From: Pikeienuella sp.
GTDB lineage: Bacteria > Pseudomonadota > Alphaproteobacteria > Rhodobacterales > Rhodobacteraceae
Assembly: GCA_049608645.1 (NCBI GenBank)
Contig: JBMYXS010000004.1
Span: 5,814 to 69,813, forward strand
Direction: 5' to 3'
Length of the DNA: 64,000 nucleotides
Shown: one piece after another, positions 35,867 to 45,494 of the stretch
Numbering within the stretch: position 1 is the stretch's first letter
How the letters are laid out: every line of letters begins with the position of its first letter
Position numbers and translations under genes: made by a program
The notes under the pieces: model-generated
Databases searched by the model: none
Seen by the model: the letters and a program-made list of their open reading frames with translations, nothing else
Told to the model about the DNA's origin: nothing

Positions 35867-36883
35867 TCAAACGATTCCGTGATCTATCAATGAACGAGCG
35901 GTTGCGCGTGTGGTTTCCTCTGCTGAAATGAGCTTGCGCCCCAGAACCGCCTCAGCCGCGGAGGCATCCACGCGCCGCACCTTGCCAAGCTCATGCAAGA
36001 TACTGGCTGATTGCTTGTCGACATAGGCAAGCAAGCGAATGAAGAAATTGGGCGCTTCCATCGTTGGCAGTTTCTTGCGGGTCGGGTCTTCGGCCTTTAC
36101 CGCTTTGGCAATGTCGAGCATCGAAACGGTCTCCGCCCCGGCCAGAAGGCGTTGACCACCAAGCGCCGGGTCAAGCGCCAGCACATGCAAATCCGCGACA
36201 TCGCGCACATCCACCAAAGGCATGTGAATTTTCGGCGCAGCAGGAAATTCCCCGCGCATCATCTTGGCAATGATACCGGTAGACGTGGAAAGGTCGCCAT
36301 TCAAAACAGGCCCCAAAACAAGCACCGGGTTTACGGTTGTGAGGCGCTCACGCGCGTCTGCATCTTCCATGATCTGCCACGCCTTTTGCTCGGCCAGCGT
36401 CTTGCTGTCGCCATAGGCATTGTTGCCCGCCCCGCCAATCGTTGACCAATCAGCAGGCGTATAAGGGCGGCTCAACACCGTATCGCCATAGCCGATTGCG
36501 ATGAAGGATGATGTCAGCGCGATATGTTTGATATCGGCACGCAAGGCCGCTTCCAGTGCGCGGGCGGTGCCTTCAACTGCGGGGCGGATCAGGTCTTGTG
36601 GGTCATCAGGTTCCACCGCAACGAAAGGCGACGCGCAATGGCACAGGTAATCCACGCCCGCCATCGCGTCATCCCAGCCTTCATCCTTAAGCAGATCCAA
36701 CGCCACAAACTCCAACCGGGACACATCCGCCCCCGCCTTGGCCAGATCAGCGCGAACACGACCCCCGCTGGATAGAGAACGTACAGAGCCGCGAACAGCA
36801 TACCCGGCATTCAACATCGCGACCGCAACATGCCCGGCCACAAACCCCGAAACACCAGTCAGCAGTACCTTGCCGTTATCCAT
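35867..36883 (-). CDS. NAD(P)-dependent SDR-family oxidoreductase (extended SDR, aldehyde/flavonol-reductase-like)
   Basis: ORF 35867..36964. Start ATG 36883 (MDNGKVLLTGVSGFVAGH). Gly-rich TGxxGFxA fold and a YxxxK (YGDSK). Confidence 0.7.
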   Translation of the reverse strand: MDNGKVLLTGVSGFVAGHVAVAMLNAGYAVRGSVRSLSSGGRVRADLAKAGADVSRLEFVALDLLKDEGWDDAMAGVDYLCHCASPFVAVEPDDPQDLIRPAVEGTARALEAALRADIKHIALTSSFIAIGYGDTVLSRPYTPADWSTIGGAGNNAYGDSKTLAEQKAWQIMEDADARERLTTVNPVLVLGPVLNGDLSTSTGIIAKMMRGEFPAAPKIHMPLVDVRDVADLHVLALDPALGGQRLLAGAETVSMLDIAKAVKAEDPTRKKLPTMEAPNFFIRLLAYVDKQSASILHELGKVRRVDASAAEAVLGRKLISAEETTRATARSLIDHGIV

Positions 36884-37027
36884 CACCTTGACCTCGTTTT
36901 GATATCGCCCCACCGACAGCTTGCACAGTTTAGGTACAGCATAACAATCACAAAGCTGCGGCACTGCGCGCGCGGCAATTTTTCAGTCATGCTTGACCCG
37001 CAAGAGCAGCGGCGCGAAGGTTAGCGG

Positions 37028-37921
37028 ATGGATCGCTTCTCCCCCCAAATGCGTGCCGCGCTGATGATGACGCTTTGCTGCGCATTTATTGCACTATCGA
37101 CTTTTTTCGCCAAAGTTCTCGGCAGGGGCATAGGCGAGAATGAACCGATGAGCGCCTTTCAGATCAGTTGGGGGCGCTATCTGTTTGCCCTGCTTGCGCT
37201 GGCACCACTTGCCATGTGGCAGCGCACGTCATTTCGGGGTGCGCCCCTTCCGCTTTATGCGGCGCGGGCAACATGCGGTTACGGGGGCGTGACGGGCATG
37301 TTTGCGGCCGCTGCGGTCATGCCGCTGGCCGATGCCACCGCAATCAGCTTTCTGAACCCGGTGTTTGCGATGTTCCTTGCCATCATGTTTCTGGGCGAAA
37401 GGGTCGGGCCGGTTCGTTGGGTCGCAGCCGCCATTGCGCTGAGCGGCGGCGCGCTTTTGATCCGCCCCGGTTTTGGTGTCATCCGCCCCGAAGCCTTGAT
37501 CGCGTTAATGGCCGCCGGGTTCATGGCCGCAGAGATCATTTTTGCCAAACTCCTCGCCCAGCGCGAAGCGGTGTTGCGTCTTTTGATCATCACCAACCTG
37601 ATTGCGCTGTGCATTGCGACCATCGCCGCCAGTTTTGTATGGCGCGCCCCAACCCTTGAAGAATGGGGGGTTATGGCGTTGGTCGGCTTTGCCATGGTCA
37701 TCGCGCAGGCGTTTTTTATGAACACGATACGAGTAACCGATGCCAGCTTTGCAACACCGTTTTTCTACGGAACGCTGATATTTGCCACGATCTACGACGC
37801 GGCGTGGTTCAGCGAATTTCCCGAACCACTCTCCATCGCAGGCGGCTTGCTGATCGTTGCAGGGGCGGTTGTTCTTGCGCTCAGGGACGGCCGGCGTACG
37901 CCGGCACTGATTTCCAAATAA
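37028..37921 (+). CDS. DMT superfamily (EamA-like) transporter
   Basis: 10 TM segments arranged as two EamA repeats. 297 aa. Confidence 0.7.
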   Translation: MDRFSPQMRAALMMTLCCAFIALSTFFAKVLGRGIGENEPMSAFQISWGRYLFALLALAPLAMWQRTSFRGAPLPLYAARATCGYGGVTGMFAAAAVMPLADATAISFLNPVFAMFLAIMFLGERVGPVRWVAAAIALSGGALLIRPGFGVIRPEALIALMAAGFMAAEIIFAKLLAQREAVLRLLIITNLIALCIATIAASFVWRAPTLEEWGVMALVGFAMVIAQAFFMNTIRVTDASFATPFFYGTLIFATIYDAAWFSEFPEPLSIAGGLLIVAGAVVLALRDGRRTPALISK

Positions 37922-37987
37922 GCGCGCATTCACCCCATGCGTTCATCACAACGCACCGGGTGAATGACATCTCCAAGCGGAGCAGGC

Positions 37988-38356
37988 TTAGCGAGGCTTC
38001 TTGAGCACTTCATCGCCGTTTTTAAATTTCTCGATCAGCCAGCGCCCAAATGCATCTTCACGCACGGCATCGGTACATTTCGCGATAAAGTTCTGGCGTG
38101 TTTTCAACGTGCTCTCGGTAAAGTCCGCGATGGAGCCATTCACACATGCCTGGCTTACATAGCTGCGCACCTTTGATTGATCGAATTGCGTTTTGCGATA
38201 GCTGCCGCGAATCTCTGTCCGGGCGGCTGTAAACGAGAACAACGCAACCACATCCGGGCTGGATGCGCCCGTCAGGTCAGCGCGCTCAACTGTCGTGCAA
38301 GCAGCGATACCACCAACGGCACAGATGGCGAGAATTTTTGTAATGGTAGACCGCAT
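37988..38356 (-). CDS. Small lipoprotein (hypothetical)
   Basis: ORF 37988..38431. Start ATG 38356 (MRSTITKILAICAVGGIAAC) with lipobox IAAC. Confidence 0.45.
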   Translation of the reverse strand: MRSTITKILAICAVGGIAACTTVERADLTGASSPDVVALFSFTAARTEIRGSYRKTQFDQSKVRSYVSQACVNGSIADFTESTLKTRQNFIAKCTDAVREDAFGRWLIEKFKNGDEVLKKPR

Positions 38357-38517
38357 GGTATCTCCCCCAGTCTGATTGATAACACAGAACAAAGTGACGT
38401 TTGCGCTGAAGATTGCAAGGATATGAATCACACCGCTATTGCACCGAACCTCTTGCCCCGGGCCGGGACAGGCTTCACACTGCGCCCCAACGACGAGAGC
38501 AGATAGGAAAGAGCCGA

Positions 38518-40506
38518 ATGGCCGCCGGAACCGACCTCTTCAAAGGCGAAGACGCCGCTGAGACAACTTATGATGCCTCTTCCATCGAGGTGTTGGAGGG
38601 GCTTGAACCTGTCCGCAAGCGCCCCGGCATGTACATCGGCGGCACGGATGAGCGTGCCTTGCACCATCTTGTGGCAGAAGTTCTCGACAACTCGATGGAT
38701 GAGGCCGTTGCAGGCCATGCATCACGCATCGAAATTGAACTGCTGGCAGATGGCTCCTGCCGCATTGGCGACAACGGGCGTGGCATTCCGATTGATCCAC
38801 ACCCCCGCTTTCCCGACAAATCCGCGTTGGAGGTGATTCTCACCACGCTTCATGCAGGCGGTAAGTTTTCGGGCAAAGCCTATGAAACATCCGGCGGTCT
38901 TCACGGCGTTGGTGTGTCTGTGGTGAACGCCCTCTCTGACCGCCTGACGGTCGAGGTCGCGCGCGCGAAAACGCTTTACTCACAATCCTTCAGCCGGGGT
39001 ATTTGCCAAGGCCCGCTTGAAACCGTTGGCGCGGCCCCCAACCGGCGCGGCACAGTTGTGCACTTCAACCCTGACCCTGAAATCTTTGGCGACCGTGCAC
39101 GATTGAAGCCGGCCCGCCTTCACAAGATGGCCCGCTCCAAGGCCTATCTGTTTCGGGGCGTTGAAATTCGCTGGAAATGTGCAGCCGAATTGATCGGCGA
39201 CAAGGACGAAACACCAACTGAAGATGTGTTCCATTTTCCGGGTGGTCTTGCAGATTACTTGAATGCCACGATGGAAGGCGTTGAGACCTATACCGAGACA
39301 CCTTTCGCCGGAAAGGTTGATTTTGCAGAAAAATTCGGCGCGAGCACGCCGGGGTCTGTGGAATGGGCGATCACATGGACCCCCATGCGTGATCCTTTCA
39401 TGTCCAGCTATTGTAATACGGTGCCCACGCCAGAGGGCGGGACACATGAATCAGGGTTTCGTGCAGCTTTGACCAAAGGTGTGCGCGCCTATGGTGAACT
39501 GACCCACAACAAGAAAGCCGCGCAGATCACGGGCGACGACGTGTTCTCAGGCGGATGTTCAATGATTTCTGCGTTCATTCGCGACCCGGATTTCGTGGGC
39601 CAGACCAAGGACCGCCTTTCAACCGCCGAGGCATCGCGCCTTGTGGAGGGGGCCGTCAGGGACCATTGGGACAACTGGCTGGCGGCCGATCCCAAACGCG
39701 CCGATCAGGTCATGGAATTCTTTGTGGAACGTGCCGAAGACCGGATGCGCCGCCGCAAGGAAAAGGAAACCCAACGCAAGACTGCGACCAAGAAACTGCG
39801 CCTTCCCGGCAAATTGGTCGATTGCTCCGTTGGCGCTCGTGAGGGCACCGAACTGTTCCTCGTGGAAGGCGACAGCGCGGGCGGTTCTGCCAAGATGGCG
39901 CGTGACCGTAAAACACAGGCCTTGCTGCCCCTGCGCGGCAAAATCCTGAACGTATTGGGTGCCGCTTCATCCAAACTCGGCCAGAATCAGGAAATCAGCG
40001 ATCTTTGTCAGGCGCTTGGCGTCGGGATGGGTTCAAAATATTCCAACGATGATCTGCGGTATGACAAGGTCATCATTATGACCGATGCAGACGTTGATGG
40101 TGCACATATCGCTGCGTTGCTGATGACTTTCTTCTTCACACAGATGCCCCAGTTGATCGAAGAGGGGCACTTATACCTCGCCTGCCCGCCGCTCTATCGG
40201 CTGACCCAGGGCGGCAAGTCGGTATATGCGAAGGATGATGCAGACAAGGATCTGCTGATGGAGACTGCCTTCAAGGGCAAAGCGCGGATCGACATTTCCC
40301 GCTTCAAAGGCCTTGGCGAGATGGACGCGCGTGACCTCAAGGACACGACGATGAACCCCAAAACACGCACTTTGATCCGCGTTTCCATTGATGACGACGA
40401 ACCGGATGAAACGAAATCTCTGGTTGAGCGGCTTATGGGTAAGAAACCTGAGTTACGGTTCGACTACATTCAGGAAAATGCCAAATTCGCGGAACTCGAC
40501 CTTTAG
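38518..40506 (+). CDS. parE: DNA topoisomerase IV subunit B
   Basis: ORF 38413..40506. Start ATG 38518, preceded by GGAAAGAG. GHKL ATPase (LEGLEPVRKRPGMYIGGT, DNGRGIP), Toprim (LVEGDSAGG, IMTDADVDGAHI). 662 aa, which is ParE length rather than GyrB length. Confidence 0.9.
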   Translation: MAAGTDLFKGEDAAETTYDASSIEVLEGLEPVRKRPGMYIGGTDERALHHLVAEVLDNSMDEAVAGHASRIEIELLADGSCRIGDNGRGIPIDPHPRFPDKSALEVILTTLHAGGKFSGKAYETSGGLHGVGVSVVNALSDRLTVEVARAKTLYSQSFSRGICQGPLETVGAAPNRRGTVVHFNPDPEIFGDRARLKPARLHKMARSKAYLFRGVEIRWKCAAELIGDKDETPTEDVFHFPGGLADYLNATMEGVETYTETPFAGKVDFAEKFGASTPGSVEWAITWTPMRDPFMSSYCNTVPTPEGGTHESGFRAALTKGVRAYGELTHNKKAAQITGDDVFSGGCSMISAFIRDPDFVGQTKDRLSTAEASRLVEGAVRDHWDNWLAADPKRADQVMEFFVERAEDRMRRRKEKETQRKTATKKLRLPGKLVDCSVGAREGTELFLVEGDSAGGSAKMARDRKTQALLPLRGKILNVLGAASSKLGQNQEISDLCQALGVGMGSKYSNDDLRYDKVIIMTDADVDGAHIAALLMTFFFTQMPQLIEEGHLYLACPPLYRLTQGGKSVYAKDDADKDLLMETAFKGKARIDISRFKGLGEMDARDLKDTTMNPKTRTLIRVSIDDDEPDETKSLVERLMGKKPELRFDYIQENAKFAELDL

Positions 40507-40655
40507 GTTCCCGCACTGACGGGCATCTCTGAATTGCTAGCGCAGCCGCGCTTTGATCAGCAGGTCGTTCACATTTTGGCGACGTGACGAGCAATTTACG
40601 CGCATGTCGCTTATCTTGAGTGCGCAGGTTATCATCCTTCTCGGAAGGCACGCCC

Positions 40656-41213
40656 ATGAACCGTCTATTCGCATTTTTTGCCATTGCCGTGCTCGGCGCG
40701 TGCTCGCAAACGCCATTTATCAACATTTACCCGCAGGTTCACCACCTGGAGGTAAGGTCAAATTTCTATGCCGGGGTCGTCAGCCAGTTCAGCGCAGCAG
40801 GTGGGCCGACCATCGTGCGGGGTACGCCACAAGGCGGCGCGACGCCCACCGAGATCGTCAGCGCCTTGCGGTTGCCTCACTTCCTGTCAAAGCAGGGCTT
40901 GACCGCGATCGACAATACCAAGGCTGCCAAAGGCATTCACCTTGTGCTGACCATTGCCCCCAATCCGACCGCCTCAGCCGATGCGGTTTGTCGTGGCGAG
41001 GTAACGGGCGCTGAGGCCGGCGAACAGCTAAGGGTTCTCGGCGTGTTTTGCCGCAGTAGCCGCGCGATGAGCGAAGCCGTGGTCTTTGCCAAAGGATCAC
41101 CGCCTGCCGGTGATCCGGCCTTCGCAAAGGCGCTCAACCGGCTGATCGCCAGCATCATGCCGCCGGTTGACCCAAATCGGGATCAGGCAAACATCCGCAG
41201 GCCCAACCCTTAA
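40656..41213 (+). CDS. Lipoprotein (hypothetical)
   Basis: ORF 40620..41213. Start ATG 40656 after GGAAGG. Lipobox LGAC (MNRLFAFFAIAVLGAC). Confidence 0.5.
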   Translation: MNRLFAFFAIAVLGACSQTPFINIYPQVHHLEVRSNFYAGVVSQFSAAGGPTIVRGTPQGGATPTEIVSALRLPHFLSKQGLTAIDNTKAAKGIHLVLTIAPNPTASADAVCRGEVTGAEAGEQLRVLGVFCRSSRAMSEAVVFAKGSPPAGDPAFAKALNRLIASIMPPVDPNRDQANIRRPNP

Positions 41214-41229
41214 TCCTGATCAGGCCGTG

Positions 41230-41270
41230 GCGGGCACCCGGTTCGTTTAAGCAAACATTCCGATGCCCGC
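41230..41270. terminator. Imperfect hairpin between convergent genes (possible bidirectional terminator)
   Basis: gcgggca (41230-41236) / tgcccgc (41264-41270) with nested cgg/ccg and gttt/aaac pairs. No clear U-tract. Confidence 0.25.
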
Positions 41271-41277
41271 GCTGTTC

Positions 41278-42867
41278 TTACAGAAACGCGCCGGACAGCG
41301 CCTCATCTATCAAATCGGCACTTTCCGTGACGCCATAAAGCGCAATGAAGCCGCCAAAGCGCGGGCCCTGGCTTGCGCCGAGACACACTTCGTAGATTGC
41401 CTTGAACCAATCGCGCAGCGGATCAAACTCCGCCTCTTTCCCAACGGAAAACACAAGGCTCTGCAGTGCGTCGCCATCCGCGTCACCGTCCCAATCGCGC
41501 AACGCCGCCGACAATTTGGCCAGCGCAGCCCGTTCGCGATCATCTGGCGCGCGATAGGTTTTCGTCGGTTTCACATAGTCGTTGAAATAGCGAACAGCGA
41601 AACCAGCGGCGTCATCCAGCCCCGGATGGGTCTGCGGCGTCGCATCAGGTGCGTAACGCTTGATGAAGCCCCAAAGCACGGTTTTGTCGTCGGCACTGGC
41701 CGCACTTGCGAGGTTCAGCAACATGGAAAACGGCACGACCATATCTGAGGCTGGCGGCATACCATTGTGGATATGCCAAACAGGGTTGGTGGCCTGTTTG
41801 TCTGCATCCTGATCAGGATAGGCGCGCAAGTGCTGGTGATATTCATCGACCGCACGCGGGATCACGTCCCAATGCAGGCGCTTTGCCGTGCGTGGTTTCT
41901 GGAACATGAACTGGCTCAGGCTTTCGGCGCTGGCATAAGTCAGCCATTCATCAATCGTCAGGCCATTGCCCTTGGATTTTGAAATTTTCTGGCCTTCACC
42001 ATCAAGGAACAGCTCATAAACGTAATGCTCTGGCGCTGGTGCCCCCAAGACACGACAGATCTTGTCGTAAATCGGGGCGTTTGATGAATGGTCCTTGCCG
42101 AACATTTCGAAGTCTACGCCCAACTGTGCCCAGCGCGCGCCGAAGTCAGGCTTCCATTGCAGCTTCACCGCACCGCCCGTTACCGGCAGCGTGGTTTCGG
42201 TTCCATCTTCATCATCAAAGGTGATTTCGCCCTTCGCTGCGTCCACATGTTTCATCGGCACGTAGAGCACGCGGCCCGTTGTCGGGCTGATTGGCAAGAA
42301 CGGCGAATAGGTTGCCTGACGTTCTGCGCCCAACGTGGGCAACATGATTTTCATAATGTCGTCAAAACGCTCTGCGCAGCGGATCAGAGTCTCATCAAAC
42401 TTGCCTGCACGATAAAACTCCGTGGACGAGATGAACTCATACTCAAAGCCAAAGCGATCAAGAAACGCGTTCAGGCGCGCGTTCATATGGGCCGCAAAAC
42501 TGTCGTGCGTACCATAGGGATCAGGCACATCAGACAGCGGGCGTTGCAGGTAGGCTTCAAGGTCCACCACATCAGTCGGCAGATTGTCCGGCACCTTGCG
42601 CATGCCATCGAGGTCGTCAGAAAAACAGATCAGGCGCGTCGGGATGTCGGAAATCGCCTCAAACGCGTTGCGAACCATCGTGGTGCGCGCAACTTCGCCA
42701 AATGTGCCGATATGGGGCAGACCGGAGGGGCCATAACCTGTTTCGAACAGCACATACCCCTTTTCGGGTGGTGCCTTCTTGTACCGTTTGACCAGTTTGC
42801 GCGCTTCTTCAAAGGGCCAGGCTTTGGATGTTTCAGCAGCAATGCGCAATTCAGGTGAGGTGGTCAT
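41278..42867 (-). CDS. lysK: Lysine--tRNA ligase, class I
   Basis: 529 aa. The class-I HIGH-like motif ([13 protein letters not shown]) and the KISKSKGNG (KMSKS) motif are typical of alphaproteobacterial class-I LysRS. Confidence 0.9.
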   Translation of the reverse strand: MTTSPELRIAAETSKAWPFEEARKLVKRYKKAPPEKGYVLFETGYGPSGLPHIGTFGEVARTTMVRNAFEAISDIPTRLICFSDDLDGMRKVPDNLPTDVVDLEAYLQRPLSDVPDPYGTHDSFAAHMNARLNAFLDRFGFEYEFISSTEFYRAGKFDETLIRCAERFDDIMKIMLPTLGAERQATYSPFLPISPTTGRVLYVPMKHVDAAKGEITFDDEDGTETTLPVTGGAVKLQWKPDFGARWAQLGVDFEMFGKDHSSNAPIYDKICRVLGAPAPEHYVYELFLDGEGQKISKSKGNGLTIDEWLTYASAESLSQFMFQKPRTAKRLHWDVIPRAVDEYHQHLRAYPDQDADKQATNPVWHIHNGMPPASDMVVPFSMLLNLASAASADDKTVLWGFIKRYAPDATPQTHPGLDDAAGFAVRYFNDYVKPTKTYRAPDDRERAALAKLSAALRDWDGDADGDALQSLVFSVGKEAEFDPLRDWFKAIYEVCLGASQGPRFGGFIALYGVTESADLIDEALSGAFL

Positions 42868-42954
42868 CGGGTCTATCCCACGGTTGGTTTTCGGTGACGT
42901 GGGCCTAGCCGTGGTTCAGTGTCGCGTCAACGGGGCGGATTGGCCCTTGGGCGG

Positions 42955-42995
42955 CATAAAACTACAAAACGGCCCGGAATGATCACCGGGCCGTT
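42955..42995 (-). terminator. Rho-independent terminator of the 43015..43524 gene
   Basis: Stem aacggcccgg (42968-42977) / ccgggccgtt (42986-42995). On the minus strand it is followed by TTTTGTAGTTTT. Confidence 0.6.
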
Positions 42996-43014
42996 CGTTT
43001 CGTGCAGTCTACAA

Positions 43015-43524
43015 TCAAACCTTGCGGTGCGTCTCGATCACAAATGCCGCGACCACCGCGAAAATCACATGACCAATCAAAGCGACCCAGGTGATGCCAC
43101 CCCAGCCAAGGAAAGGCGGATTACCGGCAACCAGATGCGCCATGAAGTACAGGGCAAAAACAAACAGGCCGACACCATACGCAATCGCTGTCAGCGGCCA
43201 CGGCAAATGAGGCACGGTGCGATCTGCCAGGGGTTTGGCAATCAAGAACCAACCCAACGGATAGGCCAGCAAACCCGTCAAGAAATGCACCAGTGACCCG
43301 GCGTGTTTGATGGGTTCGCCCACGATTACCTTTACGACACTCCCCGCCAATGGTGCCGGTGCCAGTTTGGCAAACCCCAACAGGGGCGCAATCGCTTGGC
43401 CGAACATGTCAAATGCGACGGTGGCAAGCCCGCCTGCCAGCAGAATGGTCATCAGGGTCTGACCATCGAGCGAAGCCAAAGCGCGAAGCGGAGATGTCGG
43501 GCGGGGGGTAATTGCGGTCGTCAT
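43015..43524 (-). CDS. Integral membrane protein (hypothetical, 4 TM)
   Basis: AAGGAAA RBS. Four hydrophobic segments. No family assigned with confidence. Confidence 0.5.
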   Translation of the reverse strand: MTTAITPRPTSPLRALASLDGQTLMTILLAGGLATVAFDMFGQAIAPLLGFAKLAPAPLAGSVVKVIVGEPIKHAGSLVHFLTGLLAYPLGWFLIAKPLADRTVPHLPWPLTAIAYGVGLFVFALYFMAHLVAGNPPFLGWGGITWVALIGHVIFAVVAAFVIETHRKV

Positions 43525-43672
43525 CGGGTTTCCTTTTTATTTCAAATCGTTGTTGTTCCTATTCTCCATCTGGGGATTGGCACCCCACGCATAAGTGGCG
43601 ATCACGCAACCGGGAGTGTCCGTGACCAAGCGCGCTTGCAATCTCGCTCAAACCGGGGAATGTGAAGGCGAA

Positions 43673-44119
43673 ATGAAACAATTCGCCCGGACCGGAGCCG
43701 CCGTTATGACAACAATCCTTTCCCCCCAAGATGCCCTTGTCGCCGTTATGATCGCGACCTCGGCGGCCGACGCTGATCAGTCAGATGCAGAGCTGCGCCT
43801 GATCGACAAACTCATCGATGCGCTGCCTGCTTTTGCCGATTATGACCATGCCCGGATTGCCGGCGTGAATGAGATCGTCTCCGAGCTCTTTCAGGAAGAA
43901 GACGGGATTGATGCGCTTATCGGGCTGGTGGCCGAAGCCTTGCCGGAACGGTTTGGTGAAACGGCTTATGCGCTCGCATGTGATATTGCTGCGGCAGACG
44001 GGCACGTGAAATTGGCGGAGTTGCGATTCCTCGAAATTCTACGCCATGACCTGAATGTTGGCCGTCTTGCCTCTGCCGCGATTGAACGGGGCGCGCGCGC
44101 CAAACATCAGCGTTTCTAA
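43673..44119 (+). CDS. TerB-like (tellurite-resistance TerB family) protein
   Basis: ORF 43595..44119. Start ATG 43673 after GAAGG (alternative ATG 43706). All-helical with paired acidic motifs (SAADADQSDAELRLI; IAAADGHVKLAELRFL), as in TerB-fold metal-binding proteins. Confidence 0.55.
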   Translation: MKQFARTGAAVMTTILSPQDALVAVMIATSAADADQSDAELRLIDKLIDALPAFADYDHARIAGVNEIVSELFQEEDGIDALIGLVAEALPERFGETAYALACDIAAADGHVKLAELRFLEILRHDLNVGRLASAAIERGARAKHQRF

Positions 44120-45048
44120 ACCTTTGCCGAACGCGCGGCGGCCTCTCGCCGTTTCGCGCGTTCGCGGTGGGCGATGTATAGTGCCGCCCCCATGATCACC
44201 ACGCCGCCCGCCAGCGCGGCGGTATCGGGCACCTCATCAAACAGAAAATACGCCGCCGCCGCGATCAGCACCAAGCGCGTGTAGGCCAGCGGTGCCAGAA
44301 AGCTCGCCTCCGCCAGGCGATAGGCTTGAATGTCGGCGATATTCCGAACCAGTGACGAAACCACCAGTGCCGACAGCGCGAACCAGCCAATCGCCGTATA
44401 AGGCAATTCCCACCCTGTTCCGACAATCGGCAACGAAATCAGGAATGTCATGACAGCCGATGAAACATAGGTGGCCAATGGCCCATCTTCGTTCGCCATT
44501 TTCCGCGACATCAGCAACACGATCGCAAAACAGATCGAACTGCCAAGCGCCGATGCCATTGCCCAGGTCAACGGGACCGTGCCGGGTCGAAGAACGATCA
44601 AAACCCCGACAAACCCCGCCGCCACCGCAGCAATACGGCGGGGGCCGGGGCGCTCTCCCAACACAGGAATGGCAAGGATGGTCGCAAAGATCGGTGCTGA
44701 AAAGAACAACACTGTCGCCGTCGCCAAGGGCATCTGGGTAATCGTGTAGAACCCCATCTGCGTTGAGACGGCAACCAATGCCCCCCGAATGACATGGGCC
44801 TTCAGCTGTGTGAAGCGCAAATCAGAAGCAAGTCGCGGCCGCACCCCCATCGCCAGAGCGACCAGCGCAAAGCCACCGATAGCACGCATCATCACGATGG
44901 TGACGCTGCCCATCTCGGCCGATGCACCACGGGCCGCGATGGTCATGGCAGAGGCCGTTATCGCAGACAACACCATCCACAGCCCGCCACGCAGGTTCGC
45001 AGCGGCCAGGCGGGCCTCTTCGGTGACGATGGGATCAGGCTCAGGCAT
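44116..45048 (-). CDS. DMT superfamily (EamA-like) transporter
   Basis: 10 TM segments and two EamA repeats. 310 aa. Confidence 0.7.
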   Translation of the reverse strand: MPEPDPIVTEEARLAAANLRGGLWMVLSAITASAMTIAARGASAEMGSVTIVMMRAIGGFALVALAMGVRPRLASDLRFTQLKAHVIRGALVAVSTQMGFYTITQMPLATATVLFFSAPIFATILAIPVLGERPGPRRIAAVAAGFVGVLIVLRPGTVPLTWAMASALGSSICFAIVLLMSRKMANEDGPLATYVSSAVMTFLISLPIVGTGWELPYTAIGWFALSALVVSSLVRNIADIQAYRLAEASFLAPLAYTRLVLIAAAAYFLFDEVPDTAALAGGVVIMGAALYIAHRERAKRREAAARSAKV

Positions 45049-45315
45049 GTGAGAAATGTTCGGTCAGAATCATTGCCCCATATTACGCCCCTGAGCGGGT
45101 AAGTCTCCCCCCACTTTTTAAAATTTCCAAATGAGCGCGCCCCTGACCGCAAATCACCGAAAAGCCCACCCCCAGGCACACACCGAAAAAAGCGACAATT
45201 TGGCGGTTCCCATCGCCGGAACCTTTCCGCTAATTCACCGCATCAACGCCGTTATTGCGCCGCGATTCGCAGGTTGTTAAGACATACGTGGGCAAGACGT
45301 AAGGACCCGAAAAAA

Positions 45316-45414
45316 ATGAGCAGACTTCTAACAGGCGTGGGTGGCCGTATCGGCCTCTTTATCGGTGCGCATCTGGCACTGTTCGCAGCAATGGCGATGA
45401 TCGCAGGCAGTTAA
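45316..45414 (+). CDS. Possible 32-aa single-TM micro-protein (not in the ORF track)
   Basis: atg at 45316, about 10 nt after AAGGA. Encodes MSRLLTGVGGRIGLFIGAHLALFAAMAMIAGS. Lies in the 446-bp gap upstream of the DUF2330 gene. By my count GC3 is only about 56 percent (18/32), so coding status is uncertain. Confidence 0.3.
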   Translation: MSRLLTGVGGRIGLFIGAHLALFAAMAMIAGS

Positions 45415-45494
45415 GCGAAATGGCGGGGTAACCGCCTTATCTCTGCCCTGATCACGGTTACACTCTCTTCAGACCTGATCTGAGGAGACGTTTC

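Noticed and set aside
43578-43593. TGGCACcccacGCAT upstream of the TerB-like gene resembles a sigma-54 promoter.
   Set aside because: The GC dinucleotide is 2 nt too close to the GG element compared with the TGGCAC-N5-TTGC consensus.
45218-45253. GGAAC ... CGTT, an ECF (EcfG-like) promoter look-alike in the long leader of the DUF2330 gene.
   Set aside because: The spacer between GGAAC (45218-45222) and CGTT (45250-45253) is 27 nt, versus the 16-17 nt required.
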